NCBI GenBank assembly: GCA_951406725.2
Contig: OX597818.1
Coordinates: 86,924,001 to 86,988,000 of the forward strand
Direction: 5' to 3'
DNA from: Octopus vulgaris
Taxonomy: Eukaryota
DNA length: 64,000 nt
Position 1 is the first letter of the stretch, and each line of letters opens with the position of its first letter. The notes below the pieces were generated by a model. The model saw nothing but the letters and a program-made list of their open reading frames with translations, made no database searches and was not told the DNA's origin. Position numbers and translations under genes: made by a program. Shown here in pieces: positions 63,816 through 64,000 of this stretch.

Positions 63816-64000
63816 TGTTTTTAGTATGTCAAGTGACCACATAGAGTTTTTATAATATATTTGGGAACAATATAGTGGTTGGTATAAGGAACTACCCCCT
63901 GCAAACAGAAAAAGAACATGCTTTTTGTTGGGATTCTTAATAAACAATATCAAAATGTGATTAGAAAGAGACTTGACTGCTATTTCTAGCATGACGAATG

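Overview
Eukaryotic, AT-rich and very repeat-dense DNA. The SINE repertoire and microsatellite load look like an octopus (coleoid cephalopod) genome; this is inference. The window appears almost entirely intronic to a plus-strand ankyrin-repeat gene that I read as Caskin. Two canonical exons (49181-49232 and 63061-63158) join in frame to ELINSKAKFNVNYQDADG-VSYLHHAALMGNTEVLNLLLQTGIDVTLKDNKG. A 39-nt phase-compatible micro-exon candidate lies about 36 kb upstream (13419-13457), and I could not find the first coding exon in the window. The rest is several tRNA-derived SINE families (CORE-like, Meta-like, V-like and others, with swapped heads and tails), RTE and CR1 LINE 3' fragments, hAT, Tc1/mariner, piggyBac-like and Merlin-like MITEs, non-autonomous Helitrons, a 5S rRNA pseudogene, decayed Penelope-type hammerhead motifs, and mini- and microsatellites. 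Almost all ORFs in the supplied track are repeat artefacts. The best leads are the micro-exon, a CpG-retaining domain (about 24-59 kb) containing a possible internal promoter, several long inverted repeats (a templated inverted copy of unique intron DNA, a telomere-repeat-bearing fold-back MITE, head-to-head SINEs), and the modular SINE system. I saw no convincing wholly new multi-gene system. Family names are from memory, not database searches, and SINE boundaries are approximate.
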